A DNA stretch of 64,000 nt from an uncultured Bacilli bacterium (GCA_947585665.1 CANPXE010000008.1:11294-75293); one strand, 5' to 3'. Shown: positions 9,593 through 18,202, counted from the stretch's first letter. Made by a program: numbers and translations. The notes: a model not told the origin generated them from the sequence alone.

Positions 9593-9757
9593 TTATATAA
9601 CCTTCCTAATTAATTATAACATATCTAGTTATTTTAATATCAATAAGGTAATAATTTTGTGAGTGTAGTTCATATAAATACAATTGCTTTCTAGAAATAT
9701 AAATGACAACAATACTTTCTAAAATTTAACAACATAAAAATTAATTTTCTATATCTT

Positions 9758-10675
9758 TTATAATTTTTTTAAAATATAAACATAATAAGTATTATTTATA
9801 ATAGTGTAGTAGTTATTCTGATAATTAAAGATATTTATATTATTATTTATGGCTATATTAACTAAATCTTTTAAATTATTTAAATATATAATATTCTTAC
9901 TATTTATATTAGGTTTATTTTGAATAGCTATAATTATATCTTGATATTCTTTTAAAATAACTTCTTCATTATTCTTACTGAATAAAGTTTTACTTACTAT
10001 GAGAATAATAACTATAACGATAAAATCAAAAACTAACATTTCATTAAGACCAATATCTTGTGTATTATTTTCTAAAAAAGTATTATCTTCTTTCATCGTT
10101 ATTTCGATAACATTTTCATTAATAGGAATTGTTAATAAAACATAGGGATTAGTTTGGTCATTAATTTTGATATTAAGCTTAACGTATAAATAAGTTTCTG
10201 TCTTAATATTATAGTATTCTTGAAAAGTTTTAACATAATTGACATAATATTGATAATCTAAATTATAATTTTCTTTTATACTAATTTCTTTTTGCTTTAT
10301 ATTATTTATCTTTTTTAAATTAAAATTCTTAGTCCAAATTAATTTAGTACCATTATCAGCATAGCTTTTTAGAGTAGCTGTAATATCATAAGAATAATTA
10401 ATGTTTTCTTTTGTTTTATTTTTTAAATAGTAATTAAAATAGATATCAATAGTTTTAATAGAATTTGCAATATAATAATTATTAGCTTCTATTTTATTAT
10501 TAAAAAAATAATTATTAGGTTTTAAAGTAACTTCATAATATGTTTTATTCTTTGATTCATATATATTATTATTTTGAATATTTTTACTAAAATATATTAT
10601 CTCTAATAAAAGAATTCCTATTATAATAATACTTAAAATAATTAGTATTTTTATTTTTTTTCTCTTTTTCTGCAT
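9758..10675 (-). CDS. bitopic membrane protein, DUF5305-like partner of SipW-type peptidases
   Basis: The ATG at 10675 lies 8 nt after AAGGAG, which overlaps the upstream stop. The protein has an N-terminal TM, an N/Y/K-rich ~190-aa ectodomain, a second TM (FDFIVIVIILIV) and a ~80-aa tail. The family name is from memory of annotated neighbourhoods. Confidence 0.6.
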   Translation of the reverse strand: MQKKRKKIKILIILSIIIIGILLLEIIYFSKNIQNNNIYESKNKTYYEVTLKPNNYFFNNKIEANNYYIANSIKTIDIYFNYYLKNKTKENINYSYDITATLKSYADNGTKLIWTKNFNLKKINNIKQKEISIKENYNLDYQYYVNYVKTFQEYYNIKTETYLYVKLNIKINDQTNPYVLLTIPINENVIEITMKEDNTFLENNTQDIGLNEMLVFDFIVIVIILIVSKTLFSKNNEEVILKEYQDIIIAIQNKPNINSKNIIYLNNLKDLVNIAINNNINIFNYQNNYYTIINNTYYVYILKKL

Positions 10676-10677
10676 AT

Positions 10678-11769
10678 TCAATTCTCCTTATTAAAAAGCT
10701 CATTTAACCAAATAGAAGGATAGCCTAAATATTTTATATGGAATTGATAAACACCTTTTATATCTTCTTTTTTAATTTTTATATAATCTATGGTATTATT
10801 AGCATCTCCTTTGGTAATATAGTATTCATTTATACTTACAATACGATGAACAATAATTTGATTTTCATATTTAAAAACAATAATATCTCCTGGGAAAATA
10901 TTTTCTTCTCTTTTATAAATGACAACGTCGCCCTTTCTAAAAATAGGATTCATACTATTGGATAGAATGGCTATAGGTTGATAATTAAATACTCCAAGCA
11001 TAAATAGTACTAATAGAATAGAAGTAATAATAGTTAAAGGATAAAGCATTGTAAAGTTTTTGAAATGATATATATTTTTTTTATTAAAAATAAAATATTT
11101 AAACAAATAGTAAATAATTATAACTTTAATAATAGCAAAAGAACCTTCAATAAACCAATTACTATAAGGAATAATTGGTAAAAAGAGTTCAGGTAATTCA
11201 TTAAAAATTCTAATAATAATAGAAACATTATAATGGGAATTTAAAGATAGATATGTAAATAAAATATTTTGCGCGATAATTGGTATAACTATAGAAATTA
11301 AATAATGTAAAAAAGTAATATTATGAGAAAGAAATAAAGCATTAAAATTAATCTCATTCATGATAATAATTATGGTTATTAAAGTCATAATTACAAAATT
11401 GTTTTTATTACTTTTAATAAGTTTATAACGCATTATTTCAATACCACATATAGGTAAGATAATTTTCCACAAACTTTTAAAAGTATAAACTACTGTATGA
11501 TCATAAGGATTCTTATTAAAGCCAACAATAAAACCACTAACTAAATAAAGTATTAAAAAAATAATGGATATAGTTAAAGTGATATTAACTTCTTTTCTAT
11601 TAAGTAACTTTAAATCCTGATGATAAAAAATTATCAAAAAGCATAACCAAAATATTGGATTAAGAAAATAAATATAAAAATTATTATTATATAAAAAGAT
11701 ATGACTTAGTGTATAAAGGATTAAAAGAAAAAATAATTTCTTTCTTTTAAGAATTTTCTTTTTGAACAT
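10678..11769 (-). CDS. polytopic membrane domain fused to SipW-type (ER/archaeal-type) S26 signal peptidase I
   Basis: The C-terminal ~110 aa read ILSNSMNPIFRKGDVV...IIVHRIV...TKGDANN, giving the Ser box, His box and GDxN of SipW-like peptidases. About 250 aa with about 8 hydrophobic helices precede this core. The gene overlaps the upstream gene by 23 nt. Confidence 0.8.
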   Translation of the reverse strand: MFKKKILKRKKLFFLLILYTLSHIFLYNNNFYIYFLNPIFWLCFLIIFYHQDLKLLNRKEVNITLTISIIFLILYLVSGFIVGFNKNPYDHTVVYTFKSLWKIILPICGIEIMRYKLIKSNKNNFVIMTLITIIIIMNEINFNALFLSHNITFLHYLISIVIPIIAQNILFTYLSLNSHYNVSIIIRIFNELPELFLPIIPYSNWFIEGSFAIIKVIIIYYLFKYFIFNKKNIYHFKNFTMLYPLTIITSILLVLFMLGVFNYQPIAILSNSMNPIFRKGDVVIYKREENIFPGDIIVFKYENQIIVHRIVSINEYYITKGDANNTIDYIKIKKEDIKGVYQFHIKYLGYPSIWLNELFNKEN

Positions 11770-12247
11770 ATTGAATTATTCCAACTAACGTTTTTGTTTT
11801 GACACTGGGAATACTTTCGGTATCTTTAACATAGGTTACCATAATATTGAAAGTGGTTGAGTCACCGGCATTTAAGTCTTTCTTAAGTTCCGAAGTAGTA
11901 TAATTAATTTCTTCAATACCATCAATTTCTTCAGTAAATATTATAGTTTGTAATTCAGCATCAATAGTTCCTAAATTTTGTATGGTTACTTCATAAATAA
12001 TTTCATCGCCTGGTTTATTAAGCTTAGCTGAAAAATTAATAGAATCATTAGTGAAAGTAGGTATTCCAGCATCACAGCCATCTGGAACTTGAGTAGCTTT
12101 TATATTTGTTATTCTAACATCCCACTCACCAGTAATTTCTGTAGTTCCATTAATAGTAAAATCTGTAGCAAATGTTGAATAACCAATGGCCATTAAAATA
12201 ATAGTTGCAAGAAAGGCTATAAGAATTATTATTTTATTTTTATGCAA
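11747..12247 (-). CDS. small secreted protein with SipW-cognate-type signal peptide (TasA/BsaA-like candidate substrate)
   Basis: The TTG start lies 5 nt after AGGAGGGAG. The N-terminus is MHKNKIIILIAFLATIILMAIGYSTFATDFT, and the rest is a beta-rich domain with an Ig/CARDB-style motif, PGDEIIYEVTIQNLGTIDAEL. Confidence 0.65.
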   Translation of the reverse strand: MHKNKIIILIAFLATIILMAIGYSTFATDFTINGTTEITGEWDVRITNIKATQVPDGCDAGIPTFTNDSINFSAKLNKPGDEIIYEVTIQNLGTIDAELQTIIFTEEIDGIEEINYTTSELKKDLNAGDSTTFNIMVTYVKDTESIPSVKTKTLVGIIQYVQKENS

Positions 12248-12501
12248 ATTTATCTCCCTCCTTTAGCATTTATGCTATCCTGTTATAATGTATACAGGAT
12301 TAAACAATTTGTATGGTTAATTGGTTTAAGGTTGCAAAGAAAAGTTAATTTTAAATTAAAAATTGTGAAAGTTTGTGTTGCATATGTCTATTATAGTTGT
12401 TTATAAAATTTTTATTTGGTAACTTTGGGCAACAAAAAAAAGAACTATAATAGTTCTAATAAATTCAATATAGAGTAAATATGTGAGAAGTCTACAACTT
12501 T

Positions 12502-13461
12502 TTATTTTGAATAGCCAGTGCTATTGTCTTGCATAAAATGTATATCGATAGGTATGCTCTCGCCATCAACATAACCCATCTTTTTTGCTTTTGTTTGAGT
12601 TAATTCATACATTCTATCAATTTCAAAATAAGAAATGCCTTTACTAACTATCGGACCATATATCGCAATTCCATATTCACTTGTCATATTTGGATCATTA
12701 TATGGACTTCTCGTATTGTCAATAGCAATTCCGATTGATTGTAATAATTCTTTAAAATCAGACAAAGAATCTAATCTTTTTTGTAATTCTTCGCCACTTA
12801 ATTTTCCATCTCTTAATCCTTGAACATCACCAAAGCTTGCTTTGTTATTCATTACATTTTCAAATGGTATTAAATAAATTCTATTTTTACCAGTGCAAAA
12901 GTTACTTGCTAGTCTTTTGGCTCTAAATAACGCTTCATCTTTTCTTTCTAAGGGAAAACCATCAAATTTAGAAATTTGATAATCTAAAACTCTACAATAA
13001 AAGTCTACTTCACTTTCTCCAACATTTGGTTGAATTGGCCAACTGTGATTAGCATAACATTGAAAAACATCTTCAAAAATACCTGCTGGAAAAGTTTGCA
13101 TACCATAATTAAATTCAACTGTTCCTAAAAGTGTTGTATATAAAGTTGATAGATTATTATCTGAGTAATTAATTGTTTTTCCAAAACAAGAAGCAATAAA
13201 TTTCGCATCTTCAATATCTTGGGTAGAAAGTTTTAAATTTGATAACCCATTTTCATTCGCCTGACTATTAAAATAACAGCTCAATCCACATGCTAAAAAG
13301 GGCATTGGTTGAGATAAATTGTATTCTTGTAATAATTTAAGAGTTTCATAATAATCATTTGTATCATATAAATGTTGCAATTGTATATTTAGTCTCACTG
13401 CTGTATTTGCTGATTTTAAAAATTTTGTAATAATTGTTTTTATATAATCTATATTAAACAT
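12502..13461 (-). CDS. hypothetical protein
   Basis: A clean 319-codon ORF with its ATG behind AGGAGG. I recognise no motifs. Confidence 0.7.
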   Translation of the reverse strand: MFNIDYIKTIITKFLKSANTAVRLNIQLQHLYDTNDYYETLKLLQEYNLSQPMPFLACGLSCYFNSQANENGLSNLKLSTQDIEDAKFIASCFGKTINYSDNNLSTLYTTLLGTVEFNYGMQTFPAGIFEDVFQCYANHSWPIQPNVGESEVDFYCRVLDYQISKFDGFPLERKDEALFRAKRLASNFCTGKNRIYLIPFENVMNNKASFGDVQGLRDGKLSGEELQKRLDSLSDFKELLQSIGIAIDNTRSPYNDPNMTSEYGIAIYGPIVSKGISYFEIDRMYELTQTKAKKMGYVDGESIPIDIHFMQDNSTGYSK

Positions 13462-13650
13462 AAAACCTCCTAATATTTCTATATTTGTCCTAATAGAATT
13501 ATAGCATACTTTTAGTTATTTTCCTTTATATTTATTGTAGGTTTTATATTTGATTATTTGAAATGATACATATTTTTGAACAATATAAAATAATTTTATA
13601 AAATTGATAAAAGTAATGCTATAATTATTTATGAAAGGTAGTGATTATAG

Positions 13651-15492
13651 ATGGCTGAGTTTGTATCTATTGAAAAAGATAAATATAAAATTGTTGGAAC
13701 ATTAACTGAAGAAGATGTAAATAGAATAAATGCATTTAAGAATAGGACAACTATAATACTTGATAATACTGCTGGTTTATCAAGTGAATTGGTTTCTAAA
13801 ATAAAATCTGATCGAGTTGTTTTTAGTATTAAAGGTGGATTGGATTATGAAACAAAAGAAAAATATAAAGCTCAATATTATGTTGATAGAACTTTTGTGT
13901 CTCCTAAAGGGTTAAAAAAAATTATTGAATATTTTGAGTATAACGAACGTTTAATTGATCCAAATTGGAATGAATTTGAAAAGGCTATGTTTTTATATAA
14001 TGCTCTTGTCGTAGATATGAAATATGCTGAAGGCTATGAAAAAATGCAATCTAAAGGTACAATTGAAAGAGGTTTAAACGGAATATTATATAGTAAGTTA
14101 GTTTGTAGTGGCTTTGCTCAAGTATACAAAGAAATGCTAGATAGAGTTGGGATAAAGAACTATTACCAAAATCAAAAAGATGTACATTCATTTAATATTA
14201 TTGAAATAGATGGTAAGAAATATGGTGTAGATGTTACATGGGATAATAACGATAAACAGTATCACGATGGTAAATGCATTTTTGGAAGTTTTGGTCATGA
14301 TCCAGAATTTTACAATAGACGTGGACATCAATTATATACTGAAGAAGACGACTTTGATTTCGATCCGGAAAATGAATGGGAAACGAAAATAGTTTATGAT
14401 TCAGATGAAGAAATATTTGATTTATCACTACTAAGTATGGATCAACTAAAGGAATATTATGGAAATATTGTTTCAAGAATTGATAATAGAAAACCATTTA
14501 GATACAATTTACAAGATCAACCTCTTGAAGTTAAAAGTAATTACTTGCCTATTGACGCAGTTGAATTTAGATTAGGACAAGAAGCAAATAGAGAATATCC
14601 TATTGTTTTAATTTTAGACTTTTTGAAAAAAAGAGATGCATTACAAATTGACCCGCAACTAATAAAAGCTTTTTCTAGTAGAATAGGATATGTACTAGAT
14701 ATTGGTGATACAGATAGAAGATATAGTTATGGTGTTAATTTATCATTAATTGGTATTGATAATTATGAGATTGATAGATTTGGAACTATAAGATTTGATG
14801 ATGGTAATGAAAAAAGACATAGTTATATTAGGGGAATTTTTGACAGTTCTTCAAATATGTCTCAAGAGGAATTAAATACATTATATGATAATTTAAACAA
14901 GTATTTAAATGAATATTTTAATAATTATATTTCAGGTATTACTAATAATTTAGATACATTATTAGAAAATTATGAATATAAACCTGATGAATGGGATTCT
15001 GATAGGGCAATTGAAAACTGTAATATATATAGTAAGTTAGCAATAATAGTTAATAGTCGTGATTATTTGATACAATTAGGTATGAGTGAACAAGAAGCTG
15101 ATGATACCATAAAAAGAATAAAAAGCAAATATGATGAGATACATAAACCATATGAAAGTACTATTAGTCAAAGAGAACGTGATTTAGGCTTTTTATCAGC
15201 AGTATTTAGTGATTTTAATATGGGATGGCAAACAATCGAATATGATTTACAAAAACCAATAACTGAAGAAGAATTTGTTTCATTATATGGTAATGCTGAT
15301 TATATGATTCCATTATTTGAGAAATATGTTACAATAGCGGAAGATAAAAAGTTTAAATTTGATGAATATGATGTTTCAAAAGATGATTTACAACAATTAT
15401 TAAATAAAAAAATACAAGATTATCAAGAACAGAAAAAGATGAGTGGATCTACTGAAGTAGAAGAAAAGCAAAATTCAGGAGTGCATATATAA
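13651..15492 (+). CDS. transglutaminase-like (papain-fold) domain protein
   Basis: LVCSGFAQVYKEMLDRVGIKNYYQNQKDVHSFNIIEIDGKKYGVDVTWDN shows the spacing of the transglutaminase-core Cys-His-Asp triad. It is followed by a long helical C-terminal region. Confidence 0.65.
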   Translation: MAEFVSIEKDKYKIVGTLTEEDVNRINAFKNRTTIILDNTAGLSSELVSKIKSDRVVFSIKGGLDYETKEKYKAQYYVDRTFVSPKGLKKIIEYFEYNERLIDPNWNEFEKAMFLYNALVVDMKYAEGYEKMQSKGTIERGLNGILYSKLVCSGFAQVYKEMLDRVGIKNYYQNQKDVHSFNIIEIDGKKYGVDVTWDNNDKQYHDGKCIFGSFGHDPEFYNRRGHQLYTEEDDFDFDPENEWETKIVYDSDEEIFDLSLLSMDQLKEYYGNIVSRIDNRKPFRYNLQDQPLEVKSNYLPIDAVEFRLGQEANREYPIVLILDFLKKRDALQIDPQLIKAFSSRIGYVLDIGDTDRRYSYGVNLSLIGIDNYEIDRFGTIRFDDGNEKRHSYIRGIFDSSSNMSQEELNTLYDNLNKYLNEYFNNYISGITNNLDTLLENYEYKPDEWDSDRAIENCNIYSKLAIIVNSRDYLIQLGMSEQEADDTIKRIKSKYDEIHKPYESTISQRERDLGFLSAVFSDFNMGWQTIEYDLQKPITEEEFVSLYGNADYMIPLFEKYVTIAEDKKFKFDEYDVSKDDLQQLLNKKIQDYQEQKKMSGSTEVEEKQNSGVHI

Positions 15493-15677
15493 AAGATGAT
15501 GGCTAAAGTTCAAAACTATCGTCTTTCTTTGTATGGGAAGTAGCTACACAAAAAACTAATCCAAATTGAGTTGGTTTATATTAAAAAAGTAAAAATATGA
15601 TAAAATGTTGATGATGAAAAATTTAAAATAAATGAGCAACTATCTAGTGGTATTAGTAAAATTGAAAGGAGTAACTA

Positions 15678-16316
15678 ATGGATACGATTAAATGCCCTAA
15701 TTGTGGATATGAAAATAAAAATACAAATATTAGATGTGTATCATGTGGTACAGAATTAAATTATATTGAACAAAGTAGCAATTTCCCAAATAATAATAAT
15801 TATTCTCAAATAAATGTAAAAACAATTGATTTAGGAAGTAAAAAAGCAAAACTTATAACTACTGCAATTTTGATGTTTATACTTGCTCCATGGTTTATTG
15901 CTGGTGTAGCTTTTATTGCTGTAAGTTCGTATTCAAATATAACTGATAACAATAAATCTAAAAATTATTTAGAAACAGAAGGAAAACTTGTTGATTATGA
16001 AAATTGTCAATACGATGATGAGGGTGATGAGATATGTAGTGGTGTATACGAATATACAGTAAATGGTGTTACCTATAAAGGATCACCAAACATGTTGAGT
16101 ACTCGTTCAGGATTTAAAAAAACGACAATTGTAAAATATAACCCTAATAATCCTAATGAATATGTTATGGATTCAGGATGGAATGGGTTATTAATCGCAG
16201 GAATTATAATAGTTATTGTAGTTGTGATAATATTTATTTCAGTTAAGATTTATGTGAAAAAGTTATCAAAAAAAGTAAATGACATTGGAAAAGACAATCA
16301 GGTATCTAGTACCTAA
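15678..16316 (+). CDS. zinc-ribbon / DUF3592-type membrane protein
   Basis: The N-terminus has CPNCGYEN...CVSCG. A beta-rich domain (GKLVDYENC...YEYTVNGVTYKGS) is flanked by TM helices. The SD is AAAGGAG. Confidence 0.7.
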   Translation: MDTIKCPNCGYENKNTNIRCVSCGTELNYIEQSSNFPNNNNYSQINVKTIDLGSKKAKLITTAILMFILAPWFIAGVAFIAVSSYSNITDNNKSKNYLETEGKLVDYENCQYDDEGDEICSGVYEYTVNGVTYKGSPNMLSTRSGFKKTTIVKYNPNNPNEYVMDSGWNGLLIAGIIIVIVVVIIFISVKIYVKKLSKKVNDIGKDNQVSST

Positions 16317-16399
16317 AATTGTCTTTTTCTTTCGGATATCTTTATCAAAATTATTAAGATTATTTTGTATATCTTTAACTGTTGTTGACTATTTAACAC

Positions 16400-16437
16400 A
16401 AAAAAAGAACTATCAATTGATAGCTCTTTATTTTTAT
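16400..16437. terminator. hairpin terminator, copy 3 of the repeated element
   Basis: AAAAAAAGAACTATCAATTGATAGCTCTTTATTTTTAT lies between a plus-strand CDS end and the 3' end of tRNA-Gly. Confidence 0.55.
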
Positions 16438-16438
16438 A

Positions 16439-16512
16439 TGGAGCAGATGATGGGAATCGGACCCACGCAGTCAGCTTGGAAGGCTGAGGTTCTACCATTA
16501 AACTACATCTGC
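16439..16512 (-). tRNA. tRNA-Gly (anticodon UCC), CCA encoded
   Basis: The manual cloverleaf has acceptor GCAGATG/CATCTGC, D stem GTTT/GAAC, anticodon stem TCAGC/GCTGA with loop CTTCCAA, and T arm GTGGG-TCCGATT-CCCAT. The T loop reads TCC where TTC is expected. Confidence 0.85.
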
Positions 16513-16529
16513 ACCAGTAGACATTTTTA

Positions 16530-16557
16530 ATTATAACATAAATATTTTAGTTGTCAA
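16530..16557 (-). promoter_or_regulatory. sigma-A-type promoter for tRNA-Gly
   Basis: On the minus strand, TTGACA is followed by 16 nt and then TGtTATAAT (an extended -10), ending 17 nt upstream of the tRNA 5' end. Confidence 0.6.
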
Positions 16558-16656
16558 CAAAAATGTACAATAAATTTTTTTTAATAAATTTTATTGACTT
16601 GGTGCTTACTCTAATATGTATTATATAATTATATTATATGTGAAAGGGAGAATTTT

Positions 16657-16971
16657 ATGAATATTTATAAATTATCGACTAAAGAGTTGAAAAGTAAAAA
16701 GAAAGATTTTTATAAAACGGCATATGGAAAAAGAGTAGTTTGGATTTATTTTGTTATACCATTTGTAGGTATGTTAATAACAGTGGAACTAACAATTCAA
16801 ACAATTCTATTATATTTCTTATTAGAGTGTGATTGCTTTAAACCATTTTTTATGATGGGATTAATAATACCTTTAGTAATAGTAGCTACTTTTACTTTGA
16901 TTTCTTATGTTTTAGCTTATAAATCTTATTATAAAGAATTTAAAGAGTATTTATTAAGTCTAAAGAAATAA
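16657..16971 (+). CDS. small membrane protein (3 TM), hypothetical
   Basis: The SD is AAAGGGAG, and the 104-aa product has hydrophobic helices. Confidence 0.6.
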   Translation: MNIYKLSTKELKSKKKDFYKTAYGKRVVWIYFVIPFVGMLITVELTIQTILLYFLLECDCFKPFFMMGLIIPLVIVATFTLISYVLAYKSYYKEFKEYLLSLKK

Positions 16972-17040
16972 TTATTAACTATTGAATTTCAATAGTTTTT
17001 TTGTGCTATAATTTTATTATGACTATGATTGGGGGATATT

Positions 17041-17793
17041 ATGATTGAAGGAGTAAGAAAAGAAGTTATTAAAATTTTAGTTGAAGATCATTCTGGACAT
17101 AACATTAAACACATTGATAGAGTTTTATCTTTATCATTAGAATTTGCGGAAAAAATGGATGTTGCTGTCGATAAAGAATTAGTTGTTTTAATCGCTTTAT
17201 TACATGATGTTGATGATTATAAATTGGTTGGTAAAGAAAAATCTTTAAAGCTAACAAATACTAATATGATTATGGATAAAGTAGGAGTAGATGACGTAAG
17301 GAAAAAGAAAATCATTCAAACTTTAAATTCGTTTGGTTATAGTAAGTCTTTAAAAGGTATTCGTCCAACTATTTTAGAGGGTATGATTGTATCTGATGCT
17401 GATATGTGTGATGGACTAGGAGCTAATGGAATATTAAGAGTATATGCTTATAGTACTAAACACAATCGTCCTTTCTTTGATCGTGATACTTTTCCTAATC
17501 TCAACATGAGCCAAGAAGAATATATGAGTAAACCAGCAAGTAGTAGTGTTTGTCACATCTTTGAAAAAATTTTAAAATTAAAAGATATGATGCTTACTGA
17601 TCCAGGAAAAGAAGAAGCCTTAAAACGTCACAATACAGTCGTTCAATTTTTATATAGTTTATTTGCTGAAGAACGTGCACTAGAATGGTCTAGTTATTTA
17701 ACCAAATACTTGAATGGAGAAGTTGATTATGAAAGTAATAACAATCAAACAGCCATGGGCAAGTCTAATAACCAAAAAGTTAAAAGAATATGA
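17041..17793 (+). CDS. HD-domain phosphohydrolase (YedJ-like)
   Basis: GHNIKHIDRV and ALLHDVDDYK supply the H...HD motifs. The ATG at 17041 follows GGGGGA, so I prefer it to the tracked TTG at 17029. Confidence 0.75.
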   Translation: MIEGVRKEVIKILVEDHSGHNIKHIDRVLSLSLEFAEKMDVAVDKELVVLIALLHDVDDYKLVGKEKSLKLTNTNMIMDKVGVDDVRKKKIIQTLNSFGYSKSLKGIRPTILEGMIVSDADMCDGLGANGILRVYAYSTKHNRPFFDRDTFPNLNMSQEEYMSKPASSSVCHIFEKILKLKDMMLTDPGKEEALKRHNTVVQFLYSLFAEERALEWSSYLTKYLNGEVDYESNNNQTAMGKSNNQKVKRI

Positions 17794-18130
17794 ATTTCGT
17801 ACTTGGAAGACAAATTATCGTGGTGAAATCTTAATTCATGCTGGTAAAGAAATTGATAAAACAGCAATGAAGCGCTTTGAATATTTAAATTTAGAATATC
17901 CAAGAGGATGTATTATTGCTAAAGCAACTATTACCAATTGTCTTTTTGTTGATGATAAGATGAGAAAGAATTTATTAGAAAAGGATTCCAATGTCTATCA
18001 TAATCTTCATACTAAAGATGATATCTATGGCTTTAAAATAGAAGATGTTAAAGAAATAAAACCTGTTTATATAAAGGGTCAACTGGGCCTATGGAATTAT
18101 GATTTAGATGATGGTTTGACAAAAAAATAA
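17729..18130 (+). CDS. ASCH-domain protein
   Basis: MKVITIKQPWASLI...EFRTW is the usual ASCH N-terminus. The ATG at 17729 lies 7 nt after GGAGAAG. The gene overlaps the end of the upstream HD gene. Confidence 0.65.
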   Translation: MKVITIKQPWASLITKKLKEYEFRTWKTNYRGEILIHAGKEIDKTAMKRFEYLNLEYPRGCIIAKATITNCLFVDDKMRKNLLEKDSNVYHNLHTKDDIYGFKIEDVKEIKPVYIKGQLGLWNYDLDDGLTKK

Positions 18131-18202
18131 AAAGTTCTATAATAATGTTTAAGTTTAATATTATTAAACGGAGATTGATATAATATATCAATAGGAGAGG
18201 GT

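Noticed and set aside
16279-16530. ORFs 16279..16530 (+) and 16313..16498 (-) across the tRNA-Gly locus.
   Set aside because: They run through a hairpin terminator and a well-folding tRNA gene, so they are not coding.
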